Shown here in pieces: positions 20,807-28,653 of a stretch of 64,000 nucleotides of DNA (within the stretch, counting starts at the first letter, position 1; every line of letters begins with the position of its first letter). Location: positions 13,424 through 77,423 of the forward strand of contig JAZOVR010000013.1 in the NCBI GenBank assembly GCA_045658785.1, written 5' to 3'. The notes under the pieces are model-generated. The model made no database searches. It saw nothing but the letters and a program-made list of their open reading frames with translations, and was not told the DNA's origin. The DNA is from Paludibacteraceae bacterium. Its GTDB lineage: Bacteria; Bacteroidota; Bacteroidia; Bacteroidales; Paludibacteraceae. Both the position numbers and the translations under genes were made by a program.

Positions 20807-22661
20807 TGCGCCAAAAGATTTTTTTTACACACCGCTTCACACTCGAAATCATGGACCAGGTTTTGCTAGCAGGAGGTATCTCCATCAACAGCGTATCCAC
20901 ATCGGGATCTCCAGTCAACTGTTCAGGATAAACAACCATCGAGCTAAATAGCGTAAAATGCTGTGTCAACATCGTTGGAATAGCCTCGAAAAGAGGATGA
21001 TAACTGGCTGTGGACTTACGCGACGACAACAGCACCAACATATCATTTTCAACAATCGTCTGAGAGATGATGCCCACCTCTTCCCAACCATCCATATTGC
21101 GGAACGAAGCACGCAGATATTTGCCTGGGCGGCGACACATGGTCTGCAAAGCCACCTGCGTATCTGGGTGCGCATAAAATACAACTTTCGCTCCTAACTC
21201 ACCAGCCAATCTACGAACCAAACCAAAACAGGTAATAAAGTCGCGCTCCTTCTCTGCATAACGAGGCACTGCAACGACAAGACGATTGATGGTATTAATG
21301 GGTTGCACCTCATTATATACTATCACCGACTTACTGGTATGTTCTACCATATTTGACACATCTTGCCAGTCCGCCGACTGCTTAATCTCTATATTGTCCA
21401 GCGAAGCCATCTCAGCGACCTCTCGCAACGTAGGACGCAAGTCTTTACCCACCGAAGTGAGCAACCAATAATCGTCTTCGTGATCGGCCTCCAACTTAGC
21501 GTTCTCCTGCAACGCTAACTCCTTGGCTGCATGTTCGGATATAAAACTAGCAGTAGTACACAGTATCAAAATCATCAAGACAGAAGCATTCAGCACATCC
21601 GAAGACAAGATTCCCATCTGGTATGCAATAGTAACAATTGCCAATGTACCTGCCGCTGTGGCATGAGAGAGACCAAAAACCAATTGACGCTCGTGTTTAG
21701 AGAAACGGAATACGAACTGAGCAATCCAAGCAGATAAACTCTTGCCTATCAACTTCGTGATAATCATCACCGACGCAATCGTCAAGGTAGTCCAACCACT
21801 CCAGAAAGCATGAATATCTATCATCAAACCAACACTAATCAAAAACAATGGAACAAAGATGCTATTGCCAACAAAGTTGATGCGTCCCATCAGTGGGGAA
21901 CGATTAGGCAACAAGCGATTGAGTGAGACACCACATAAAAAGGCGCCTAATATACCTTCCAAGCCTGCTAAGTCCGCTAACAACGCACTACCAACCAGCA
22001 TCAGCATCACAACCATAAACTCGGAAATAGGATCGCGATAACGCTTAAAGAACATACGAGCAAAGCGCGGGAAAAGCCATAATACGCTTAGCAGGAAAAC
22101 TACAACCAAAGACAACTGGATCGCATAGTCCATGATACTCTGCGCTGAACGACTCCACCCCTCTACTATCGCCAATACGATGAGTGACAAGATGATAGCT
22201 ACCATGGTAGCTCCTACCGTAATATTGACTGCCACATTCTTCTGCACACCGTATCGACTAACTATAGGATAGGTCATCAGCGTGTGACTACCATACATTG
22301 CACCTAGCAATAGACTAGGCAGCCAACCAAAGGGAAGCAAAAATCTGCTTGTAATCAGCCCCAAACTGAAAGGAATAAAAAATGTACACAACCCAAAAAA
22401 TAAAGAACGATACTTGTATTGCTTGAAATCATTGATATCAATCTCACTACCTGATTGAAACATGATATACAACATACCTAAAGAACCCAAAATCTTTATC
22501 GTTGAACTCTCACCTACCAGATTCAATACTGAAGGACCTATCACTATACCTGCCAAGATAAATCCCACAATACTTGGCACATGAATATAACGACACAACA
22601 AGGGAACAAACCATATCATGCCTATAACCAAAGTCAATATCAACAACGGCGACAAAGTCAT
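20796..22661 (-). CDS. Cation:proton antiporter (CPA family) with soluble C-terminal regulatory region
   Basis: 621 aa. About 12 TM Na+/H+-exchanger-like N-terminal 390 aa, then a roughly 230-aa soluble, USP-like tail. The stop overlaps the AddB-like start by 11 nt. Confidence 0.8.
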   Translation of the reverse strand: MTLSPLLILTLVIGMIWFVPLLCRYIHVPSIVGFILAGIVIGPSVLNLVGESSTIKILGSLGMLYIMFQSGSEIDINDFKQYKYRSLFFGLCTFFIPFSLGLITSRFLLPFGWLPSLLLGAMYGSHTLMTYPIVSRYGVQKNVAVNITVGATMVAIILSLIVLAIVEGWSRSAQSIMDYAIQLSLVVVFLLSVLWLFPRFARMFFKRYRDPISEFMVVMLMLVGSALLADLAGLEGILGAFLCGVSLNRLLPNRSPLMGRINFVGNSIFVPLFLISVGLMIDIHAFWSGWTTLTIASVMIITKLIGKSLSAWIAQFVFRFSKHERQLVFGLSHATAAGTLAIVTIAYQMGILSSDVLNASVLMILILCTTASFISEHAAKELALQENAKLEADHEDDYWLLTSVGKDLRPTLREVAEMASLDNIEIKQSADWQDVSNMVEHTSKSVIVYNEVQPINTINRLVVAVPRYAEKERDFITCFGLVRRLAGELGAKVVFYAHPDTQVALQTMCRRPGKYLRASFRNMDGWEEVGIISQTIVENDMLVLLSSRKSTASYHPLFEAIPTMLTQHFTLFSSMVVYPEQLTGDPDVDTLLMEIPPASKTWSMISSVKRCVKKIFWRNAE

Positions 22662-22704
22662 CTAAACTTTCACCTATTCCACACGCCTTTTCATAATTCG
22701 GGCG

Positions 22705-22736
22705 CAAAGATACTATTTTTTTACCAATTAGACAAA
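22705..22736 (-). promoter_or_regulatory. -33/-7 promoter of antiporter operon
   Basis: Minus strand reads TTTG, 20-nt spacer, TATCTTTG (plus-strand CAAAGATA 22705-22712, CAAA 22733-22736). Confidence 0.55.
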
Positions 22737-22814
22737 TAACAGCCCATTTTTTTTCATTTTCTACTTTATCTAACTCATATTTCGCACAACACATAGAAAA
22801 ATTTATGCACATTT

Positions 22815-22846
22815 TTTGGCAGAGTAAAATATTTTTCGTACCTTTG
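22815..22846 (+). promoter_or_regulatory. -33/-7 promoter of POT transporter gene
   Basis: TTTG (22815-22818), 20-nt spacer, TACCTTTG (22839-22846). Confidence 0.6.
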
Positions 22847-22910
22847 CACGGTAATTTTTGCATTTTTGTGAAGAAATTAATAGTATTAACCATAAAAAAC
22901 GAACTTACTT

Positions 22911-24440
22911 ATGTTTGAAAATCAACCAAAAGGTCTGTTTGCATTGGCGCTTGCCAACACAGGCGAACGATTTGGCTACTACACCATGTTAGCCGTATTT
23001 GCACTCTTCCTCCGTGCGAACTTCGGATTGGAAGCTGCAACCGCAGGACAAATCTATTCTACCTTCCTCGCGTTGGTATATTTTTTGCCACTCGTAGGCG
23101 GTATCTTGGCTGACAAGATTGGCTACGGAAAGTGCGTAACCATCGGTATTATGGTTATGTTTGCAGGCTACGTTCTGCTCGCAGTACCATTGGGCGCAGA
23201 TAAACTTGCTATGGGTGCAATGATTGCTGCATTGGTACTCATCAGTTTCGGTACTGGTCTATTCAAAGGTAACTTGCAAGTGATGGTAGGTAACCTCTAC
23301 GACGATCCTAAGTACGCTGACAAACGTGATGCTGCCTTCTCACTCTTCTACATGGCTATTAACATTGGTGCGATGTTTGCTCCTACCGCAGCGGTGAAGA
23401 TCATGGATTGGGCACAAACCAGCCTTGGCGTAAGCGTGAACGACAGCTATCACTTCGCTTTCATGGTAGCTTGCGCATCACTCGTATTGAGTATTGCTAT
23501 CTACTACGCATGCCGTCCTTGGTTCAAACACGTGGAAAACTCTGCTAAACAAGTGGCTGCTACCGGTGGCGCAAAGGTAGAGGAGCTGACTCCAGAGCAA
23601 ACCAAGAAGCGCATCGTGGCACTCTGCCTCGTATTCGCTGTGGTAATCTTCTTCTGGATGGCTTTCCACCAAAACGGTTTGACACTCACCTACTTCGCTA
23701 ACGAGTTCGTACAACCACTCTGTACAGGCGTTCAGACCATGTGGTTTGATATCATCAACCTCGTGATGATCGTGGCTATCGTTTATGCTGGTTTCTCCCT
23801 CGTACAAAGCAAAGAGAAAAAGACCAAAGTTATCTCTGGCGTCGTAATCGCAGCAGCTTTGGGCGTGTTGGCATACAAGTATTTGAATATTTCTGCTGAG
23901 GGTATCACTTTGAGCGCTCCTATTTTCCAACAATTCAACCCATTCTATGTAGTAGCACTCACCCCATTCAGCATGGCACTCTTCGGTGCACTCGCTAAGA
24001 AAGGCAAAGAGCCATCTGCTCCACGCAAGATAGCACTCGGTATGGTGGTAGCAACTATCGCGTATATCGTGATGGCTGTAGCATGTATCGGACTCCTTAC
24101 TCCTAACGCACAAGAGTTGGCTCGCGTAACGGGTGATCCCACTTTCGTAAATGCTAATGTATTGATCTATACATACTTGATTCTCACCTTCGCTGAGCTC
24201 CTTCTCAGCCCAATGGGTATCTCTTTCGTAAGTAAAGTAGCTCCTCCTAAGTTCAAAGGTATGATGATGGGTGGCTGGTTCGTGGCTACCGCTATCGGTA
24301 ACTACCTCGTTTCTATCGGTGGTAACCTTTGGGGCGACATGCCATTGTGGGGCGTATGGAGCGTATTCGTAGCTGTTTGCGCTATCGCAGCTATCTTTAT
24401 GTTCGCAATGATGAAGAAACTCGAAGACGCAACGAAGTAA
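22911..24440 (+). CDS. Proton-dependent oligopeptide transporter (POT/PTR2 family)
   Basis: 509 aa, about 14 TM, with PTR2 signature NTGERFGYYTM near the N-terminus. Confidence 0.9.
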   Translation: MFENQPKGLFALALANTGERFGYYTMLAVFALFLRANFGLEAATAGQIYSTFLALVYFLPLVGGILADKIGYGKCVTIGIMVMFAGYVLLAVPLGADKLAMGAMIAALVLISFGTGLFKGNLQVMVGNLYDDPKYADKRDAAFSLFYMAINIGAMFAPTAAVKIMDWAQTSLGVSVNDSYHFAFMVACASLVLSIAIYYACRPWFKHVENSAKQVAATGGAKVEELTPEQTKKRIVALCLVFAVVIFFWMAFHQNGLTLTYFANEFVQPLCTGVQTMWFDIINLVMIVAIVYAGFSLVQSKEKKTKVISGVVIAAALGVLAYKYLNISAEGITLSAPIFQQFNPFYVVALTPFSMALFGALAKKGKEPSAPRKIALGMVVATIAYIVMAVACIGLLTPNAQELARVTGDPTFVNANVLIYTYLILTFAELLLSPMGISFVSKVAPPKFKGMMMGGWFVATAIGNYLVSIGGNLWGDMPLWGVWSVFVAVCAIAAIFMFAMMKKLEDATK

Positions 24441-24443
24441 TTT

Positions 24444-24500
24444 GTTTAGAGGACGGCACAAAGTGCCTACTGTTTAGTGAACGCGCCTATGGGCGCTACT
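24444..24500 (+). repeat. Two tandem GTTTAGWG-hairpin-TACT units
   Basis: First unit: GTTTAGAG GAC GGCAC-AAA-GTGCC TACT (24444-24471). Second unit: GTTTAGTG AAC GCGCC-TATG-GGCGC TACT (24472-24500). They begin 4 nt after the POT stop. Confidence 0.85.
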
Positions 24501-24514
24501 GAAATAAAAAAACT

Positions 24515-25243
24515 ATGAATAATCTTATTCAAGCAATAACCGACTACACGACAACTTTGGAGCAGAAACTCTCTGCTCTGGAGGCGCGTGTGGCGCAACT
24601 CGAAGAAGCCAACGAGGCGATGAGGCGAGAAGGCGATGAGGCGAAAGCCTTGATTGCCACGCTGCAAGCGGAAGTGGCTGCATTGGCGGCGACTGGCGTA
24701 GCAGTCACACCAGTTGAAGAACCAGAAGTGGAAATCGAACTCATCGTAGAAGATCCACAAGAGCAAGAAACTCCAGAAGAGTTGGTAGAAAAACCACAAG
24801 AAGAATCTGCAGAAGAGCCACAAGAGGAGCCTGCACAGGAGATGCCACTAGAACCACTAGAATCACTAGAGATAGTAGCGGAAGAAGAGCCAGTGGTAGA
24901 ACCAGTGGCAGAACTAATTGTAGAACCTGCGCCACAACCAGAAGTAAAGGCTGAGCCAGTAGCAGCTCCACAACCTGCTCCACGTCCTGTGCCACAACAA
25001 ACATCGTTGTTTGGCGCTGCCGTAGAAGATATCCGCCAAGCCATATCCTTGGGCGACCGTTTCCTCTTCCAACGCGAACTCTTTGCAGGCAATGGCGAAT
25101 TGATGCAAAAGACTTTGGACGAACTCAATGCGTTGGGCTCATTGGAAGAGGCCATGGATTATGTAGCAGATAACTTCGAGTGGGACAGCGACTCTACCGC
25201 CGTACAACTCTTTGAGAACGTACTCAAGAGACGCTTCGCTTAA
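24515..25243 (+). CDS. Hypothetical protein: N-terminal coiled coil, E/P-rich acidic linker, conserved-looking C-terminal domain
   Basis: 242 aa. LEQKLSALEARVAQLEEANE coiled coil. A long PEEPQEE-type low-complexity stretch. A C-terminal ~80 aa of ordinary composition. Confidence 0.6.
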   Translation: MNNLIQAITDYTTTLEQKLSALEARVAQLEEANEAMRREGDEAKALIATLQAEVAALAATGVAVTPVEEPEVEIELIVEDPQEQETPEELVEKPQEESAEEPQEEPAQEMPLEPLESLEIVAEEEPVVEPVAELIVEPAPQPEVKAEPVAAPQPAPRPVPQQTSLFGAAVEDIRQAISLGDRFLFQRELFAGNGELMQKTLDELNALGSLEEAMDYVADNFEWDSDSTAVQLFENVLKRRFA

Positions 25244-25244
25244 A

Positions 25245-25285
25245 GTTTAGAGAACGCCCTTCGGGCTACAGTTTAGAGTTTAGAG
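25245..25285 (+). repeat. GTTTAGAG-hairpin-TACA unit followed by AGTTTAG heptamers
   Basis: GTTTAGAG AAC GCCC-TTC-GGGC TACA (25245-25270), then GTTTAGAGTTTAGAG (25271-25285), 8 nt before the rsmI ATG. Confidence 0.85.
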
Positions 25286-25293
25286 ACAAGAAT

Positions 25294-25962
25294 ATGCTAT
25301 ACGTAGTTCCTACACCTGTCGGTAATTTGGAGGACATCACTTTTCGTGCGCTGCGCGTACTGAAAGAGGTGGATTTGATTTTGGCTGAAGACACCCGCAC
25401 CTCGTCCGTGCTACTAAAGCATTACGACATCCATACACCACTGAAGAGTCATCATAAGTTCAATGAACATGATACTAGTGATGATATGGCTACTCGTATT
25501 GCTGCGGGCATGACTGTGGCGCTGATTTCCGACGCTGGTACACCATGTATCTCCGACCCTGGATTTATGTTGGTGCGTGCGTGTGTAGAGCGTGGTGTAG
25601 AGGTGCAATGTCTGCCTGGTGCCACCGCATTTGTACCTGCGTTAGTGGATTCTGGTTTGCCTAATGACCGCTTCTATTTCGAGGGCTTTCTACCTCAGAA
25701 GAAAGGTCGTCAGACACGCATGAAAATCCTTGCAGAACAGACGCATACGATGATTATCTACGAGTCGCCCTTCCGACTGGTGAAGACCTTAGAACAACTG
25801 GCGGAGGTGATGGGTGGCGAGCGCAAAGCAAGCGTTAGTCGCGAGATTAGCAAACTACACGAAGAAACTCAACGAGGCACGCTTTTGGAGTTAGCTGCAC
25901 ACTACAAACAAACACCTCCTAAAGGTGAGATTGTGCTGATTATAGAAGGAAAAAAGGAATAG
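25294..25962 (+). CDS. rsmI: 16S rRNA (cytidine1402-2'-O)-methyltransferase
   Basis: 222 aa. LYVVPTPVGNLEDITFRALRVL N-terminus and the tetrapyrrole-methylase-like fold pattern typical of RsmI. Confidence 0.92.
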   Translation: MLYVVPTPVGNLEDITFRALRVLKEVDLILAEDTRTSSVLLKHYDIHTPLKSHHKFNEHDTSDDMATRIAAGMTVALISDAGTPCISDPGFMLVRACVERGVEVQCLPGATAFVPALVDSGLPNDRFYFEGFLPQKKGRQTRMKILAEQTHTMIIYESPFRLVKTLEQLAEVMGGERKASVSREISKLHEETQRGTLLELAAHYKQTPPKGEIVLIIEGKKE

Positions 25963-25987
25963 TTTATTCGTACAAAAAAATATATAT

Positions 25988-26026
25988 TGCCATTTATGTT
26001 TACCGCATAAGTGGCATTTTTTTTTA
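25988..26026 (+). terminator. Intrinsic terminator of rsmI
   Basis: GCCATTTATG-TTTACCG-CATAAGTGGC (one G-U pair) followed by T9. Confidence 0.75.
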
Positions 26027-26032
26027 TAAAAA

Positions 26033-26064
26033 TTTGCTCATTCCAGAAAAAAGCCGTACCTTTG
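26033..26064 (+). promoter_or_regulatory. -33/-7 promoter about 240 nt upstream of the acyltransferase ATG
   Basis: TTTG (26033-26036), 20-nt spacer, TACCTTTG (26057-26064). Confidence 0.55.
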
Positions 26065-26095
26065 CGGCACTGAATCAAAATCTGAGAAGATATTA

Positions 26096-26303
26096 GGTCA
26101 CTTCTATAAATTCACCATTTAAGAAATTTAAGAAGATTGACCATTAATAGTTATAGTTGGACATTTTTATATACTTTTGGCTTTTTATAGGTATCTTGCT
26201 GTTTGTCAATCAGTCACAATGCCCGCATTGCTCCCTCTTTTCGCACAGCAATCTACTCAATAAAAACCTCAAAATCATTATAAATCAATTTATAGAAGTG
26301 ACC
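26096..26303. repeat. Perfect 17-bp inverted repeat enclosing 174 bp (candidate inverton, leader stem or MITE)
   Basis: GGTCACTTCTATAAATT (26096-26112) is the exact reverse complement of AATTTATAGAAGTGACC (26287-26303). The right arm ends on the base before ATG 26304. The AT-rich interior contains a -7-like TACTTTTG (26172-26179) pointing at the gene. Confidence 0.85.
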
Positions 26304-27323
26304 ATGAAGCAGATACATGATGAGAATCGTGGCTATCGGATACTTCTCCCGCTGGTAAACTGGATGTTCCGACATTCGTACCGACATATCAAGTACGTAG
26401 GCGAGGAGAATATACCACAAGACGGTGCTGTAATCTTTGCACCTAATCACACCAACGCGCTGCAAGATGCGCTGGCGGTGTTGTCAATCAATTCCGAGAG
26501 AAAAGTATTTGTTGCTCGTGCGGACATTTTCCGTAAACCGTTGTTTGCTAAGATATTAGGGTTTATGAAGATTATGCCTATCCGTCGCATGCGCGATGGT
26601 GCGAGCGAGGTGCTCAAGAACGATGAAACAGTCGAACGCGCTATTGACACCCTTGGTGAGGGTGTACCTTTCTGCATTCTGCCAGAGGGGACTCATCGCA
26701 CTAAACACTCGCTATTGCCATTAGGTAAGGGAATCTTTCGTATCACTTTGCGTGCCAACGAGAAATTCGGACAAGAGAAACCAATCTACATCGTGCCTGT
26801 GGGGCTGGAGTATAGCGACTGGTTCCACCTCTGGGATACTCTCATTATCAATATTGGCAAACCTATCAACATGACTCAATTCATCGCTGAGCATGCAGAT
26901 TTAGAGCAACCTAAGTTGATTCTTGCTATGCGTGAAGAACTCACCAACCGCATGCGTGAGCAAATCCTTTGGGTGCCAGATGATGAGAATTATGAGAAGA
27001 ACTGGGACAAACTCAGCCACAATCGCCCAGCTAATAAGAACTGGTTTCCAAAACACCGAATGCCGAAATGGCTATTGCTCTTGATGTTAGTTTTGATGTC
27101 GCCTCTCGCATTGGTGGCAGGTGTAGTGACATTGCCATTGTGGTTGGCATGGCTGATTATCCGTTGGGCTATAAAAGACCCTGCTTTCCACAACTCGGTG
27201 CAGTTTGTTTGGCAATTGATTATCATTCCTTTGACTGGATTTATCACGATGCCATTTTGGATGTTCTTGCAAGAGTATATGTACCTTGCTCGCAAACTCA
27301 ACAAACCTGAAGAAACAAAATAA
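26304..27323 (+). CDS. Lysophospholipid / 1-acyl-sn-glycerol-3-phosphate acyltransferase family protein with C-terminal TM segments
   Basis: Acyltransferase blocks APNHTNALQDA and ILPEGTHRT; two C-terminal hydrophobic helices. I chose ATG 26304 (MKQIHDENRGYR...) rather than the TTG-initiated ORF start at 26157. Confidence 0.8.
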   Translation: MKQIHDENRGYRILLPLVNWMFRHSYRHIKYVGEENIPQDGAVIFAPNHTNALQDALAVLSINSERKVFVARADIFRKPLFAKILGFMKIMPIRRMRDGASEVLKNDETVERAIDTLGEGVPFCILPEGTHRTKHSLLPLGKGIFRITLRANEKFGQEKPIYIVPVGLEYSDWFHLWDTLIINIGKPINMTQFIAEHADLEQPKLILAMREELTNRMREQILWVPDDENYEKNWDKLSHNRPANKNWFPKHRMPKWLLLLMLVLMSPLALVAGVVTLPLWLAWLIIRWAIKDPAFHNSVQFVWQLIIIPLTGFITMPFWMFLQEYMYLARKLNKPEETK

Positions 27324-27334
27324 AGACCGCGTTG

Positions 27335-27364
27335 CTGTTAGATCAGGCATAAGCCCTGTTAGAT
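27335..27364 (+). repeat. Degenerate member of the hairpin-element family
   Basis: CTGTTAGAT (27335-27343), CAGG..CCTG hairpin, CTGTTAGAT (27356-27364). Period is 21 bp. Confidence 0.6.
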
Positions 27365-27388
27365 TGCTTCGCATAAAACGAAATAGTT

Positions 27389-28558
27389 ATGATAAAAGTT
27401 TACATTATTCTCGCTTGTTACATCAGTTTCCCAATATTGATTATTGAGGCGTTCAAGCGTTGGACCATTGTTCAAAAGATAGGTACTGTGGTACTCGCGT
27501 ATGCAGTAGGAATCATTGCTTCGCTCTGCGGAGTATTCCACTTTGCCGATCCTACTATTGGAGCCTCCTTTAGTAAGTTGCAATCTACCATCATGAGTGT
27601 GGCAGTGCCATTGGCTATTCCACTGATGCTCTTCAACTGCGACTTTAAGCTATGGACGAAGTCGCTACCGAAAACGGCTTGGGCATTGGTGACAGGTATT
27701 GCTGCGGTCATCGTAGCATCGGTTTCAGGCTATTTTATCTTCCGCAACACGGTGCCTGAGATAGCCAAAGTAACTGGTATGATGGCAGGTATCTACACCG
27801 GTGGGACGATGAACTTCAATGCTCTGGGCGCAGCATTGAATGTGGATCGCTCGGTAATGGCGATTGTGCTGGCGTTCCAAATGGTGATCACTACACCATA
27901 TATATTCTTCCTATTAGGTGGCGGATATAAGATTTTCCGTAAGCTGTTGCCATACAAAGACATCACCCATAAAGGTCGTATGGACGAAGACGAGGTTGAG
28001 ACCAACGATGTGGAGAACTATCGCGGCATGTTCGAGAAGCAGAACTTCATCGGCATGATGAAAGGACTGGGATTGAGTGTCTGCTTCTTGGCTGTAGGTG
28101 CAGGATTGGCACTGCTCATCACTGGTACACTCAACGAGCTTGTTGTCATCTTGGCTATTACCACTTTGTCTATCATTGCGTCGTTCTTTAAGAAGGTGCG
28201 CGAATTGCCAAAGACCTTTGAGTTGGGTATGTTCTTTATCCTGATTTTCAGCGTGATAGTAGCATCCATGTTCGATATCAATAGCGTGAATGGTGGCTCG
28301 CTCTATATCGGTGGCTTTGTACTTTGGATTATTGGTATCTCAGTGGGTTTACACTTGCTGCTTTGCCGTATTGCAAAAGTGAGTGGCGATTTGTTCTGCG
28401 TTTGCCAAGTAGGTCTGCTTTGTTCGCCCCCATTCGTGCCACCTATCGCAGGCGCGATGAAGAATAAGAAAGTTTTGATCTCAGGTATTGTAGTGGGCTT
28501 GGTAGGTTATGCCATCGGCACTTACCTAGGTGCACTGCTGGCTTGGGTGTTGGGATAA
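27389..28558 (+). CDS. Polytopic membrane protein, DUF819-like
   Basis: 389 aa, about 10-12 TM with a central charged loop (KGRMDEDEVETNDVENYRG). The layout recalls DUF819/YjcL-type proteins. Assignment is from memory of the family only. Confidence 0.55.
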   Translation: MIKVYIILACYISFPILIIEAFKRWTIVQKIGTVVLAYAVGIIASLCGVFHFADPTIGASFSKLQSTIMSVAVPLAIPLMLFNCDFKLWTKSLPKTAWALVTGIAAVIVASVSGYFIFRNTVPEIAKVTGMMAGIYTGGTMNFNALGAALNVDRSVMAIVLAFQMVITTPYIFFLLGGGYKIFRKLLPYKDITHKGRMDEDEVETNDVENYRGMFEKQNFIGMMKGLGLSVCFLAVGAGLALLITGTLNELVVILAITTLSIIASFFKKVRELPKTFELGMFFILIFSVIVASMFDINSVNGGSLYIGGFVLWIIGISVGLHLLLCRIAKVSGDLFCVCQVGLLCSPPFVPPIAGAMKNKKVLISGIVVGLVGYAIGTYLGALLAWVLG

Positions 28559-28653
28559 TAGTATACGAATAATTATTAGAAAAAATTATTAACGACAATA
28601 TAGACAACTTGCGCTCGAATCAACTCCCTCGAGCGCTCAAAGAATAAATCTCT

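Noticed and set aside
23478-24461. Long antisense ORFs opposite real genes: 23478-24461(-) 327 aa, 28576-29679(-) 367 aa, 11828-12856(+) 342 aa, 10034-10768(+) 244 aa, 19655-20443(+) 262 aa, 16020-16712(+) 230 aa, 11051-11737(+) 228 aa.
   Set aside because: Each lies fully inside a gene on the other strand that has clear family motifs. Their translations are low-complexity or Cys/His/Arg-rich with no recognisable motifs. They are shadow ORFs.
24444-24500. GTTTAGAG... repeats resemble the 5' end of type II CRISPR repeats and recur at 26-29-nt period.
   Set aside because: There are only 1-2 units per locus. The putative spacers are 11-14-nt self-complementary hairpins with conserved flanks, not unique protospacer-length inserts. 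No cas genes or leader are present, and copies are dispersed at gene junctions. This is not a CRISPR array.
24544-25155. 203-aa Ser/Gly/Ala-rich antisense ORF, with other overlapping ORFs, opposite the acidic-linker gene.
   Set aside because: It is an artefact of the GAA/CCA-rich low-complexity coding repeat on the plus strand. The plus-strand ORF has a structured N-terminal coiled coil, an ordinary C-terminal domain and proper junction signals.
26157-26303. TTG-initiated 49-residue N-terminal extension of the acyltransferase ORF, including a hydrophobic stretch.
   Set aside because: The extension lies inside the AT-rich segment bounded by the 17-bp inverted repeat, starts with a non-ATG codon and has odd composition. 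ATG 26304 gives a protein that begins just before the conserved acyltransferase blocks. This is not fully excluded.
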